In this document: positions 1 through 9,419 of the stretch, one piece after another
Layout: every line of letters begins with the position of its first letter
How positions within the stretch are numbered: position 1 is the first letter of the stretch
Origin: a virus
Lineage: Duplodnaviria; Caudoviricetes
DNA: 64,000 nucleotides
Direction: 5' to 3' (one strand)
Virus record (IMG/VR): IMGVR_UViG_3300030098_006079
Notes under the pieces: model-generated
Database searches by the model: none
What the model saw: only the letters and a program-made list of their open reading frames with translations
What the model was told of the DNA's origin: nothing
Program-made: the position numbers and the translations under genes

Positions 1-1733
1 ATTTCTGAATCATTTGTACTTGGTGCGATAGTAAATGTAAATGAACTAGAGATAATAGAAAGATCTTCTCCTCCATCAGGAGTCCCATCTCCAGGATAAC
101 CACCAGTCATGTTAAGTATAGTAGTACTACCTTCTGGTCCACTTTCATCCCAATCAATCCTAGGAGTACCATAACCTGAAACACCACCAGATTCAGATGT
201 AAATGTCGGAACAGATGATAAACTTGGAACACGAGCAGAAACAACTAAAGTATATGTACCTGAATTTTCTGGGTCAATATTTAAGTATAAGAAACTACTT
301 AGCGATGTACTATTTGCTGTTGAATCATACGGAAATTTGTTTGTACTCAAACTGCTAATATTACTTGTTGTAGACGAACCATCTGGTCCTTCCCATCTTG
401 CAGACCAACTAAAATCATCTTCTGTCGCGAAATCACTTGAATCAGTTAATGATGTTATCTTTTTAAATGTAGGGTAATTCTTTAAAATATTAAGTTTATT
501 ATCTGCAAGAGCAACAAAGATTTGAAATTTATTTTTTTGTCTTTTGTTATTGCTTGCAGACATTTCTTTCATACCCGTTGATGTAAATGATATTCTACGA
601 GGTATATTCTCAACTACTCTTGTATTAACTCCTATAATAGTACGACCACTAGCACCGAAACTTACAGTTGTACCAGCGACATTAGTTTCTAAAAAGTCTA
701 AACCAGAATTGTTTATATCTGTGTCAATATTATCAACATAAAAGGATTTCACTCTATGTTTACTATAATCTGCTTTGATTAATAATTTTACATTATCTGT
801 TGGTATGTCATCATAATAATAGAACTCTACAGGTGTAGTAATTTTTTGATTAACTATTTCTGCGGAAGTTGGTCGTACCGCTGTTACACCGTTTGTAACA
901 CTTAACCTTGATGTTGACGGGCCAGATTGTGTACTAGAGTAAAGCAAAAACGGTTCATGTTGCACATAGCCATAATTCTCAGGTATTATATTTAAATTAT
1001 TTTCTGAAATTTCTATTAGTTCATGTTTTTCATTAATAACAAAATAATGAGGATATAATTTATGAGTAATACCAGTTCTATCTATTCTGTCTAATTGACC
1101 TCGTTCATTACGTTGGTAAAAAGCATTAAAAGGTATTAAGTGAGCATATTTATTTGTAACATCATACGGTTTAGTCTGACTACCGCTAGATGTGAAATAC
1201 AATGTATGAGGATCATTTACATTAGGGGTATCCTGCCATGATGCAGACATATCTAAGTAAAACGTTGACCCTCCTTTCTCACTAGCATTTATCACAATAC
1301 TAGATAGGGTTTGATTTTCTGTTCTTATTTTTAAATGACTGTTTACATAGTTAAACACTGACACGACCTGTGTAAATGTAGTATTATATACTTCTCCGTC
1401 TTTATCATAAAAGAAAGCATTTATTGTGTATGTACCTGGTACATTATATTTGTGGGTTGCAATAAACGTATTATCTCCACTTAATGTATAACCGTCTCCA
1501 AAATCCCATACTGCTGTTTGTACTGACACTCCTGTAGGGAAGTAATCGTTTATAGAAGTATCACTACTTGTAAGCAAAGGGGTAAATGTAAATTCAGAAA
1601 TACCTGTAAATCCTGTATGGGTAGCAGCAAGACTTTCACTGAGAGCTTGACTTGGAGTCGAGCCAGATGTGTTTACTGTTACCGTATACGGAACCGGTAT
1701 TGTTACTGGGCAATTTTTCGATTCAGTTGGCAT
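1..1733 (-). CDS. Large baseplate/structural protein with PKD (Ig-like) domain, gp7-like by position; truncated at window start (>=577 aa)
   Basis: Not in ORF track. ATG at 1733 overlaps the gp6 stop (TAATG). My translation (MPTESKNCPVTIPVP...) stays open to base 1 and contains the PKD signature WDFGDG...HKYNVPGTYTI. Directly downstream of gp6. Confidence 0.7.
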   Translation of the reverse strand, partial: MPTESKNCPVTIPVPYTVTVNTSGSTPSQALSESLAATHTGFTGISEFTFTPLLTSSDTSINDYFPTGVSVQTAVWDFGDGYTLSGDNTFIATHKYNVPGTYTINAFFYDKDGEVYNTTFTQVVSVFNYVNSHLKIRTENQTLSSIVINASEKGGSTFYLDMSASWQDTPNVNDPHTLYFTSSGSQTKPYDVTNKYAHLIPFNAFYQRNERGQLDRIDRTGITHKLYPHYFVINEKHELIEISENNLNIIPENYGYVQHEPFLLYSSTQSGPSTSRLSVTNGVTAVRPTSAEIVNQKITTPVEFYYYDDIPTDNVKLLIKADYSKHRVKSFYVDNIDTDINNSGLDFLETNVAGTTVSFGASGRTIIGVNTRVVENIPRRISFTSTGMKEMSASNNKRQKNKFQIFVALADNKLNILKNYPTFKKITSLTDSSDFATEDDFSWSARWEGPDGSSTTSNISSLSTNKFPYDSTANSTSLSSFLYLNIDPENSGTYTLVVSARVPSLSSVPTFTSESGGVSGYGTPRIDWDESGPEGSTTILNMTGGYPGDGTPDGGEDLSIISSSFTFTIAPSTNDSE

Positions 1734-3565
1734 TAGTATTCTATAACAGCTGCTGATTTAGTGGTTGTTTGAATTTTAATTTTATTCTTAAAGCTTTGTT
1801 CGTTTTCAATATAAGGTATTTGATACGGCTTTAATTGACATCTTGTATCAAATATTTTTACATCTTTACCGTTGTGTACAGGGTTAAATATACCAAAACT
1901 TAAACCTGGGGAACTTACATTAATATCAGTACGTAACGTCTGAAAGCCTATTATACCATCAATCTTTTCTATTTCATTGTTTAAATATCTTGCATCAATA
2001 GTATCTCCCAATTTTAAGTTTTTAATATAATTTGTAATAGCATTAAAAACTTTCGCTTTAAGCTCCTCTTCGTTAATTAAAAGCTTTTCATCTCTTGTAA
2101 TAACTAATTCTGTAAAATCTTTATATATTACTCTACTTGGTTCGTTAGAGAGTTTATATGAGAGATCTAAGTTCATATAAACTGGATCTATAAATGCGAT
2201 TTCGCTGTTTAATAATTTGTAATCTTCTATTTCTTTAATTATTTTTTCTTTCAGCGCAGGAGACAGATAATTTGATCTTGTAACAACTGATTTATTTTTT
2301 CTTAACTTAGGTACAATAACAAAATAAATGTTATTAGTATCAGCACTATCAGCATAAAAATATTGATTGAATAGTGCGTTAGCTTCTTGAGAGTAATCAG
2401 TTAAACCTAATTCGTCATTTATATATTTTAAATAATTGTTTACATAATCACTATTGTTAAGTACAGCGATATCATAAATTAAATTCTTATAATTGCGTTC
2501 AAGAAAAGATTTATAATCTGCTTTTGTTGATAATTTATATTCACTGCTGAAAAATTTTGGAGCATTTTGTTTTATTTCCTGTACAGTTTCTTCTGTACCA
2601 AATTCTGTACTATCCTCAGTATTAGATAATTGTACATCAACTGACTCTTCAATAGTAAGATAGTTTAATGACGTATCTTTAACATCGTTAAGTATTTGAT
2701 TGTATTGAGTAGTATTGTATATGTTTAATGTACTATCTAAAAATGCATTCTTAGTTACTTTACCTTCTACACCAGAAGAACTTAAATAGTATATCGCAAT
2801 TTGATCTCCTAGATTTAATTTCTTTCCATTTACCCCATTACCGAATTTTAACTCATAGTTTTTATTTTCATTATATCTAACTTCAAAATTTCTTTCATTT
2901 GGTTTAGACAAAAACAAGCTTGGTTTACGATCCCATTTATACCACTTATTATTAGAGTTAACTTCTTTTACATAAACATGTATGTTAAAGTGGTCTATAA
3001 TTACATCTTGACCTGGTAATAAATTAACAGTTTCAAATTCCTCACCGATTGGGTTAACTATTGGATATTCTTGTATTGTACCTTCATACATTAACTGGCT
3101 TCCAGAAGCAGATATTGTCTCTACGTTAGATGTAACTTTCTCAAAAGTAAAGTCATCAACAAATGTAAATGTTTTACCTTGTGAGCTTGAAAAAGAGAAT
3201 CTCGGTAGTGTATAATACCCTACAGATAGGTTCGCTGTAGTTTTAATATTAATTGGTAAAATACTTGATTGTTTACCTAAAGGTTTGTAGTTAAGTAACT
3301 TTGTTATTCTATTTACATTTTCAAATAACTCTGCATCATTAAAATTACTTTCAGCGCTTGTCTGGTTTAAGTAGTATAGTAATGTATGATAAGAGTATGC
3401 GATAATATCGATAATAGCAGAGATGTTACTACCTTCAAAATTTTGATCTGTGAAGTTGATTGTGTTATCGTTGTTAATGCGTTCAATAATTAAATCTCGC
3501 ATGCTTTGAGCGTCGAAACTCGCATACGCATTAACTGGTAAATTAAACTCTGTATATTTTGCCAT
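1733..3565 (-). CDS. gp6: Baseplate wedge subunit gp6
   Basis: FTDQNFEGSNISAIIDIIAYSYH N-terminus, YELKFGNGVNGK, ETVQEIKQNAPKFF; follows gp25. Confidence 0.9.
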   Translation of the reverse strand: MAKYTEFNLPVNAYASFDAQSMRDLIIERINNDNTINFTDQNFEGSNISAIIDIIAYSYHTLLYYLNQTSAESNFNDAELFENVNRITKLLNYKPLGKQSSILPINIKTTANLSVGYYTLPRFSFSSSQGKTFTFVDDFTFEKVTSNVETISASGSQLMYEGTIQEYPIVNPIGEEFETVNLLPGQDVIIDHFNIHVYVKEVNSNNKWYKWDRKPSLFLSKPNERNFEVRYNENKNYELKFGNGVNGKKLNLGDQIAIYYLSSSGVEGKVTKNAFLDSTLNIYNTTQYNQILNDVKDTSLNYLTIEESVDVQLSNTEDSTEFGTEETVQEIKQNAPKFFSSEYKLSTKADYKSFLERNYKNLIYDIAVLNNSDYVNNYLKYINDELGLTDYSQEANALFNQYFYADSADTNNIYFVIVPKLRKNKSVVTRSNYLSPALKEKIIKEIEDYKLLNSEIAFIDPVYMNLDLSYKLSNEPSRVIYKDFTELVITRDEKLLINEEELKAKVFNAITNYIKNLKLGDTIDARYLNNEIEKIDGIIGFQTLRTDINVSSPGLSFGIFNPVHNGKDVKIFDTRCQLKPYQIPYIENEQSFKNKIKIQTTTKSAAVIEY

Positions 3566-3566
3566 T

Positions 3567-4046
3567 TTAGTAATCTATTCCTTTGTCTGTGAGTACTCCT
3601 TTAAATTCAGTTACTTCATCATTTAAAGACGGTATTGCAATATTTATTGTTATATCATATTGATTCTCGTTTGGTAAAGCAGTAATATCTACTCCATTTA
3701 CTACTATTCTAGGTTCGTATACTGCTAACTGTTCATGTATAGTAGTACCTATAATATCAGCATTTTCTTTTGTAATATTATCAAACAAATATTGCTCTAG
3801 GTCTAACCCAAAATTAGGGTTAAGTATTTTTTGACCTTGTTTAGTATTAAAAATATTTTTTATTGAATTATGAATTGCTTTTGTATCATAATTTAATTTT
3901 AAATCTTGCGGATTTTTAGAAGCTCCTACAGGCTTATTTGGCAAAAAGCTATTTAGTTCAAGATCTAAGCTGACATCAGCATATGTAAACGATCTATAGC
4001 TATCTTTATTTTTAACATTTTTGAGTGTGTCAAGATTAATTGCCAT
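3567..4046 (-). CDS. gp25: Baseplate wedge subunit gp25
   Basis: SIKNIFNTKQGQKILNPNFG...YEPRIVV gp25/GPW signature. Confidence 0.9.
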   Translation of the reverse strand: MAINLDTLKNVKNKDSYRSFTYADVSLDLELNSFLPNKPVGASKNPQDLKLNYDTKAIHNSIKNIFNTKQGQKILNPNFGLDLEQYLFDNITKENADIIGTTIHEQLAVYEPRIVVNGVDITALPNENQYDITINIAIPSLNDEVTEFKGVLTDKGIDY

Positions 4047-4050
4047 GTAT

Positions 4051-4089
4051 AATTATTTAATTAAAAAATGCTTAAAACAATAAATAATT
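4051..4089. promoter_or_regulatory. Pair of divergent TAAATAATT late promoters (gp25 and the 165-aa gene); representative of 14 exact copies
   Basis: Copies at 4051(-), 4081, 5960, 10708(-), 12452(-), 14478(-), 15092(-), 17779(-), 23407, 24029, 26453, 49017, 50655, 55039; related to the T4 TATAAATA promoter. Confidence 0.75.
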
Positions 4090-4092
4090 TAA

Positions 4093-4590
4093 ATGAGTAA
4101 ATTCGATAACATATTTGAGGCTCAAATCGAACGGTTTGTAAAATCTGGCCCTATTGCAGGAGATTATGTTAAGTTCGCTAGTAATCTTAAATCTTCAGAG
4201 TGGTATGGTGGTTTAGATGAAGCTCGTAAAGCTTACGTCGATGAAATTGCCACTATAAGCGAACAAGGCAAACCTTTAATGCTCTCTACTATTAAGAAAG
4301 CGGTGTATGAGACAGAAACTACAGATACAGATAAGCAATTAGCAGATATTGCTGTAGAAATCACACCAGGGTTCTATGCTCAAAAACTTACAGTCCCGTT
4401 AGAACTATTAGAATTTGCTATTTCGGCTGCGGATGCGAGAGGTACTCAAAAAGATCCGACTAATGATCAAGAAAATCCAACATCTTTAACTCCCGAAGAA
4501 GCAGAAGATAAAGACATTGATGTAGGTCAACAAACTAAAATCCCTAACGGAGACTATAAGCTGACCACTGCGAAATACCTAAATGCTTAG
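4093..4590 (+). CDS. Hypothetical late protein, possible internal head protein
   Basis: TAAATAATT just upstream; N-terminus MSKFDNIFE; acidic C-terminus. Confidence 0.6.
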   Translation: MSKFDNIFEAQIERFVKSGPIAGDYVKFASNLKSSEWYGGLDEARKAYVDEIATISEQGKPLMLSTIKKAVYETETTDTDKQLADIAVEITPGFYAQKLTVPLELLEFAISAADARGTQKDPTNDQENPTSLTPEEAEDKDIDVGQQTKIPNGDYKLTTAKYLNA

Positions 4591-5487
4591 ATCTAAGATA
4601 CAAGAATAAAAGTTTATCTCTTGATCTATACATTGGCTATTTTGATAAAAGTATCTAGAGACTGTAATTAAACAGTCTCTTTTTTTCTCTTCTGATATAT
4701 TAATATTGTACAGATAATCGAACAAATGCTTAAACAACTCATCATAATCGTTATTAAATAACTCTTCATTACTAATGATATGCTTTCTAATAACTGTATA
4801 TTTCTTTTGTTTAATTAAATCAATTAAACCATCAAAGAAACCTTCTGAATCAAAATTAAAATCTGCATTACCGTCAGACAAATGATATTTTTGTAGATTA
4901 TTAATACCTTTACGAAAGTCAGGATAACAATTATCCACAACAGACATAAAGTCTTCTTTTTTAATTGATACGTTTTCTTCCTTTACAATAGAAATAAGTT
5001 TCGTGATATAATCATTCTTATCATATTTTATATCAATAGTTTGACATCTACTTTGTAAGGCAGGAATAATCTTATGTTTATAATTAGCAGTAAGAACAAA
5101 TCTTGTTAGATCATGATACTCTTCCATCGAGTTACGGAGAGCTTTTTGTGCATCAATAGATAAACCATCACACTCATCTAAAATTATTACTTTTATATCA
5201 CCAAATAAACTTTTAGTTTGCGCGAAGTTAAGTACTTTTGTTCTTATAGTATCAATACCATTTTCATCAGATGCATTTATATATAAGTATTGACATTTAA
5301 GAATATCATTAACTATGACTTTTGCGAGAGTAGTCTTACCAATACCAGGTTGCCCTACAAATATCAAATTAGGTACAGACTTCTCTTCTTGTACGCTTTT
5401 AAAATAAGTGAGTGTGCTTTTATTTAGAACTACATCATCTAAAGATGCAGGTCTATATTTCTCACACCAGATATCAGATATTTCCAT
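4579..5487 (-). CDS. gp44: Clamp loader ATPase subunit (gp44/RFC small)
   Basis: WCEKYRP, Walker A GQPGIGKTT, YINASDENG, IILDECD, ALQSRC. Confidence 0.95.
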   Translation of the reverse strand: MEISDIWCEKYRPASLDDVVLNKSTLTYFKSVQEEKSVPNLIFVGQPGIGKTTLAKVIVNDILKCQYLYINASDENGIDTIRTKVLNFAQTKSLFGDIKVIILDECDGLSIDAQKALRNSMEEYHDLTRFVLTANYKHKIIPALQSRCQTIDIKYDKNDYITKLISIVKEENVSIKKEDFMSVVDNCYPDFRKGINNLQKYHLSDGNADFNFDSEGFFDGLIDLIKQKKYTVIRKHIISNEELFNNDYDELFKHLFDYLYNINISEEKKRDCLITVSRYFYQNSQCIDQEINFYSCILDLSI

Positions 5488-5924
5488 TACGCTTTATCAG
5501 TAGAGCCAAAACCTGCATCTCCACGATCTGCTTCAGTAACTTCTTCTGCCCAACTAACATTTGCAGTTATATGAGGATATAAAACTAACTGAGCAATCTT
5601 TGTACCTTTAATTAATGTTACATTAGTATCGCTAAAATTATATAGCTTAACACCTAAGTCTCCTCTATAACCGTTATCAATAATACCTAAATGAGGTTGT
5701 ATGTTGTGTTTAAAGCCTAAACCACTACGAGGTTCTACTCGAAACCACCAACCCGGTTCTAAGTAACCTAGAGTTACTCCTACCGGGACAACTACAGAGC
5801 CTCTACCCGGGACGACTACTTCTTCCACACTAGTTAAATCATAACCCGAATCACTCGCGTGCGCCCGATAAGGCAATACTGCGTCTTCATGCGTTTTAAC
5901 AAACTCCATTTTTACGTTACTCAT
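5487..5924 (-). CDS. dut: Trimeric dUTPase
   Basis: SGYDL, PRSGL, GIIDNGYRG, RGDAGFGST motifs. Confidence 0.95.
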   Translation of the reverse strand: MSNVKMEFVKTHEDAVLPYRAHASDSGYDLTSVEEVVVPGRGSVVVPVGVTLGYLEPGWWFRVEPRSGLGFKHNIQPHLGIIDNGYRGDLGVKLYNFSDTNVTLIKGTKIAQLVLYPHITANVSWAEEVTEADRGDAGFGSTDKA

Positions 5925-5958
5925 ACGACTAATATAGTGTAAATAAACAATTATTCAA
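5925..5958 (-). promoter_or_regulatory. Sigma70-like promoter TTGAAT-N16-TATATT-AGTCGT-ATG of dut
   Basis: Same architecture and AGTCGY spacer as the folE and queD promoters. Confidence 0.7.
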
Positions 5959-5970
5959 GTAAATAATTTT

Positions 5971-6444
5971 ATGGATGATTTTAATCCGGACGATTTAATA
6001 TCTCAGCTAAAAGCTATCCCTACAGATAGTAAACAAATTACACGTGCAGTTCAAGATCGACCTGAAATCGAAAAGGAAGAAATTGAAAATTTTGTAATAC
6101 AAAACTCTGCAAAGTTAATACAAGATAGTTTAGAGTTAATTGATAACATGAAAGAAGTAGTTCATCATATGCCAGAGGCTGAAAATATGTCAGCTTTATC
6201 TGAACTAGTAAAGGCATCTACAGGGGCAATCGATACTTTAAATAAAATAGTTTTACAAGATAAAAAATCTAATACTACTATAAAAGCGAAACAAATGGAT
6301 ATTGAGTCTAGAAAAGAATTGCAAAATTCTGACCAACAACACGCTTTAACAATGAGTAGAGAAGAGGTAATAGCAAAATTATTAAACTCTAAAGATGCTA
6401 TTGATGTAGATGCTGAAGTTAAAGAACCAGAAAAAATTACCTAA
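5971..6444 (+). CDS. Probable terminase small subunit (gp16-like)
   Basis: 157 aa helical protein. SALSELVKASTGAIDTLNKIV and C-terminal LTMSREEVIAKLL resemble the layout of T4-like gp16. Late motif upstream. Confidence 0.45.
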   Translation: MDDFNPDDLISQLKAIPTDSKQITRAVQDRPEIEKEEIENFVIQNSAKLIQDSLELIDNMKEVVHHMPEAENMSALSELVKASTGAIDTLNKIVLQDKKSNTTIKAKQMDIESRKELQNSDQQHALTMSREEVIAKLLNSKDAIDVDAEVKEPEKIT

Positions 6445-7543
6445 GCACGTCTATACTAAACATCCGCTGTAACGTTTGAATTTTATTTGTTAGTATATCG
6501 ACTTCTTCCATTGAGTTTTCTACAACGGTTTCTATCACTGTAGGAACAGTCTTTTGTTTGTCATTTAAATTGTTAGTAGATAACCATTTTAAAAGTTTAG
6601 CCGTGCCTCCGAGAGTTGTGTTTATATTCTCATTTATTTCGGACTGATTTTCAATTAATCGTTTATAATGTACGTGATCGGTTGCTAAGTTTTCTCTATG
6701 AGCTAATTCAGGATTAGCTTCTATAGGTGTAATCTCTGGTGATCTAAACATAGATTGCATATTTCGTTTAAATATAGCATCTGCGCGCTTACTTAAACCA
6801 ATTACATTTTTCTTATAATCAAAATCAATCTTATCATCTATAATACTATTATAAGGAAATGGTCCGTCAACACCTTCATCTCCTGTGTTTTCGTCTGCAT
6901 AGTGGGTATACCTACTTTGAGGGTATAGGTGTTGATAAAACAAAAACCCAATACTTTCTGAAACTTCTTGTAAGATAGTATCTTCTACATTCATTCTTTC
7001 TACGAGAAGATCTTTTACTTTCTGATGGGATCTTTTATATGCGTTTAACCACCAATTTAAAAATTCACCATTTTTATCTCCCTCTTCTATACTAAAACTA
7101 TTTGATACAGAATTGATTTTGTTTTGCACATTTTCAGTATCATTTTCTGTTAATGGTATAATAGTACCTTCGGTTGTTTCAGTAACCAAATTACCGGATG
7201 AATCTATATATGTAAATGGGTTACCTGCTTTATCAAGTTTGATAGTTTGATTAGGGGGTACGTTCGCGTCTATTTTTTTTAAGTACGTTATAGCTTTTGG
7301 ATTCTTTGCAAATTTTGTAAGGTCTATATTTTCACCTGCTATTAATTCCCAAAAATCTGCTTCAGCTGTTATCGGGTCGCACTCGTATTTTAAACTTTCA
7401 TAATATTGAGCAAGAGCTACGAAATTAATATATGCGTCAACCACTTTATTATAATTTGTTGATGCAATATGAAAATCAACAGATGTAGCCAAAGTATTAG
7501 CAACTAATTCTGGTACTCCTGTTTTCGACGGAACTAAACTCAT
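6437..7543 (-). CDS. Hypothetical virion protein, last gene of baseplate hub operon
   Basis: 368 aa, 4-nt overlap with upstream gp27-like gene; no motif recognised. Confidence 0.6.
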   Translation of the reverse strand: MSLVPSKTGVPELVANTLATSVDFHIASTNYNKVVDAYINFVALAQYYESLKYECDPITAEADFWELIAGENIDLTKFAKNPKAITYLKKIDANVPPNQTIKLDKAGNPFTYIDSSGNLVTETTEGTIIPLTENDTENVQNKINSVSNSFSIEEGDKNGEFLNWWLNAYKRSHQKVKDLLVERMNVEDTILQEVSESIGFLFYQHLYPQSRYTHYADENTGDEGVDGPFPYNSIIDDKIDFDYKKNVIGLSKRADAIFKRNMQSMFRSPEITPIEANPELAHRENLATDHVHYKRLIENQSEINENINTTLGGTAKLLKWLSTNNLNDKQKTVPTVIETVVENSMEEVDILTNKIQTLQRMFSIDVLR

Positions 7544-9045
7544 TCTACAATATCCTTATCTACTTTACTACAAATAATTTTGCTTTGAAATAATCCTTCT
7601 TGTATAGAAGTTACATTTTCTAACACAAACCAAAAGCCTGGTAAATTCTTTAGATAACTATTTACTTGCAAACCTGCTAATTCTATACCTACAAATTTTG
7701 CACCAGCTATATTTAAGTTACCAGGTATATTAAAAGAAATCTTATCGCTTACATCAAGTATTTTTTGCTGTAAAATAGCCTTACCATACGCATCACTACT
7801 ATCATTTTTTGATTCTTGATTAAAAAATAATTTCTTATTCGGTTTAGTAAACTCTGCTTTTTCAACATTAGCTTCTTTTTTATTTGCATCAGGTAATGTG
7901 TCAACATAAGTTGTAAAGTCTTTTGTTACTGTATGTACGCTACCTTTTGAATTAAACAATTTAAACGCTTTATCTCCTATATTATAAGATACTATTGAAT
8001 GATCAACAATAACATTCGCCGCTGTATCAGGTTGTTTGTTTATAATATCTACGTTTGATATATGTAACGGTATTAGAATGTCTTTATTTTTAAATAAATC
8101 ATTAGCCTGTCTACGAGAGTACTCATACCTATTATCATCTGTTTCTAATCGTAAACCAGCTGCGAAATTTTCTTTATAAAATATACTTTTGTTATTTGTG
8201 AGTTTTGATGCAGATTTAAATATATTAGTAAGAGAGTTTAACCTAAATGACCCACCTATTAATCTTAATATACCTAAGTCGTTATGATCTTTAGATATAT
8301 ATTTTGATAACAAATTACCTAACGCTACTACAGGTGGTTCATTATTAGGTAATGTATATTCTATACGAGAAGAACTTTCATCCCAATTAACTCTATTTTG
8401 ATATTGATCGAGTTCTATTAAATGAGTGTTTTTATATTTGCTTTGTGAACTATGTTTTCTATTACAAAACTTTAACAGCAATGCCGCAATAGCGTCGCTT
8501 ACTGGAATAGTCTTTTCATCAGGACCTAATTTAGTTACATATTGCTTTCTTGGAGAAATATAATCATTAGTAGACCATGGAGCTCGGGTAAGTAATAAAC
8601 TTGCATATTCTATATCTGCGAAATAATAATTTAAATATTTGTTCGATGCGTCACTACTTATTTCTAAATTCTGACTAACGAAAATTTTATTTAGTATTTC
8701 AACTCGTTTACATCTAGTATGAGCAGCTTGTTGTTCAATTATAATATGTATATACTCACCACCTGAACCTAATCTTTTATACTCAAGACCAGTGTTCTTT
8801 CCTATTCTGTTTAAGAAATTATTTTGTTCATTGTTGTTTATTAACTGTAACCTACCAATGATAAATGGAGATTTATATGAAGACTCGAATACAAGTTTAT
8901 CAAATTCTAATCTATTTATATGTTTTAGTTGACCTTCTGAATTAACAAAATTAATAGAAATAAAATAATTACTACCTCCTGCAGTAATTTGAAATGTATT
9001 TCTTGAAGTACTAAGCTCCTTTATATTGCTTACCGCCGGCTTCAT
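7540..9045 (-). CDS. Baseplate hub protein (gp27/late control D-like)
   Basis: FESSYKSPFIIGRLQL...GGEYIHI near N-terminus and PGNLNI...LPGFWFV...FQSKIICSK at C-terminus resemble gp27-type hubs; follows gp53. Confidence 0.6.
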   Translation of the reverse strand: MKPAVSNIKELSTSRNTFQITAGGSNYFISINFVNSEGQLKHINRLEFDKLVFESSYKSPFIIGRLQLINNNEQNNFLNRIGKNTGLEYKRLGSGGEYIHIIIEQQAAHTRCKRVEILNKIFVSQNLEISSDASNKYLNYYFADIEYASLLLTRAPWSTNDYISPRKQYVTKLGPDEKTIPVSDAIAALLLKFCNRKHSSQSKYKNTHLIELDQYQNRVNWDESSSRIEYTLPNNEPPVVALGNLLSKYISKDHNDLGILRLIGGSFRLNSLTNIFKSASKLTNNKSIFYKENFAAGLRLETDDNRYEYSRRQANDLFKNKDILIPLHISNVDIINKQPDTAANVIVDHSIVSYNIGDKAFKLFNSKGSVHTVTKDFTTYVDTLPDANKKEANVEKAEFTKPNKKLFFNQESKNDSSDAYGKAILQQKILDVSDKISFNIPGNLNIAGAKFVGIELAGLQVNSYLKNLPGFWFVLENVTSIQEGLFQSKIICSKVDKDIVE

Positions 9046-9419
9046 TATGTCAACTGTTTGTTTATTTCAATTAATACTCTACTTACATATGTAGGTTTTA
9101 TTACTTTATAAATTTCTCCTAACTTAGGATTATCTATTGGGTTACGAACTTTATTTAAACTACAAATTAACCACCATAGATTTTGATCACCATATACTTG
9201 ATTAGCAAATGTAGTCCATGGCATTTTTGTCGTTACTCTCACCTCAGTAAAAAGCTCAGAATCGAGTTCGTCTGGGAAGTTAACTTTCTTACTTATATTA
9301 TAAAAGAAATACTTATCGTCTTTTGCGAGCCTAAAGATATTTTCATATCTCGTCTCATCTAACGACCGTAATTCTTTTATATTATCTTGCGTTTTATATA
9401 AATCTTCAATCATTTTCAA
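9045..9419 (-). CDS. gp53: Baseplate wedge gp53 (LysM-like)
   Basis: FANQVYGDQNLWWLICSLN signature. Confidence 0.85.
   Translation of the reverse strand: MKMIEDLYKTQDNIKELRSLDETRYENIFRLAKDDKYFFYNISKKVNFPDELDSELFTEVRVTTKMPWTTFANQVYGDQNLWWLICSLNKVRNPIDNPKLGEIYKVIKPTYVSRVLIEINKQLT

Noticed and set aside
544-741. Short + strand ORFs here and the many 60-134 aa antisense or alternate-frame ORFs (e.g. 11665, 12619, 15668-17744, 19928, 23115-24172, 38982, 45422, 52769, 53527)
   Set aside because: They overlap well-supported genes on the opposite strand or in another frame, and have no motifs or promoter.
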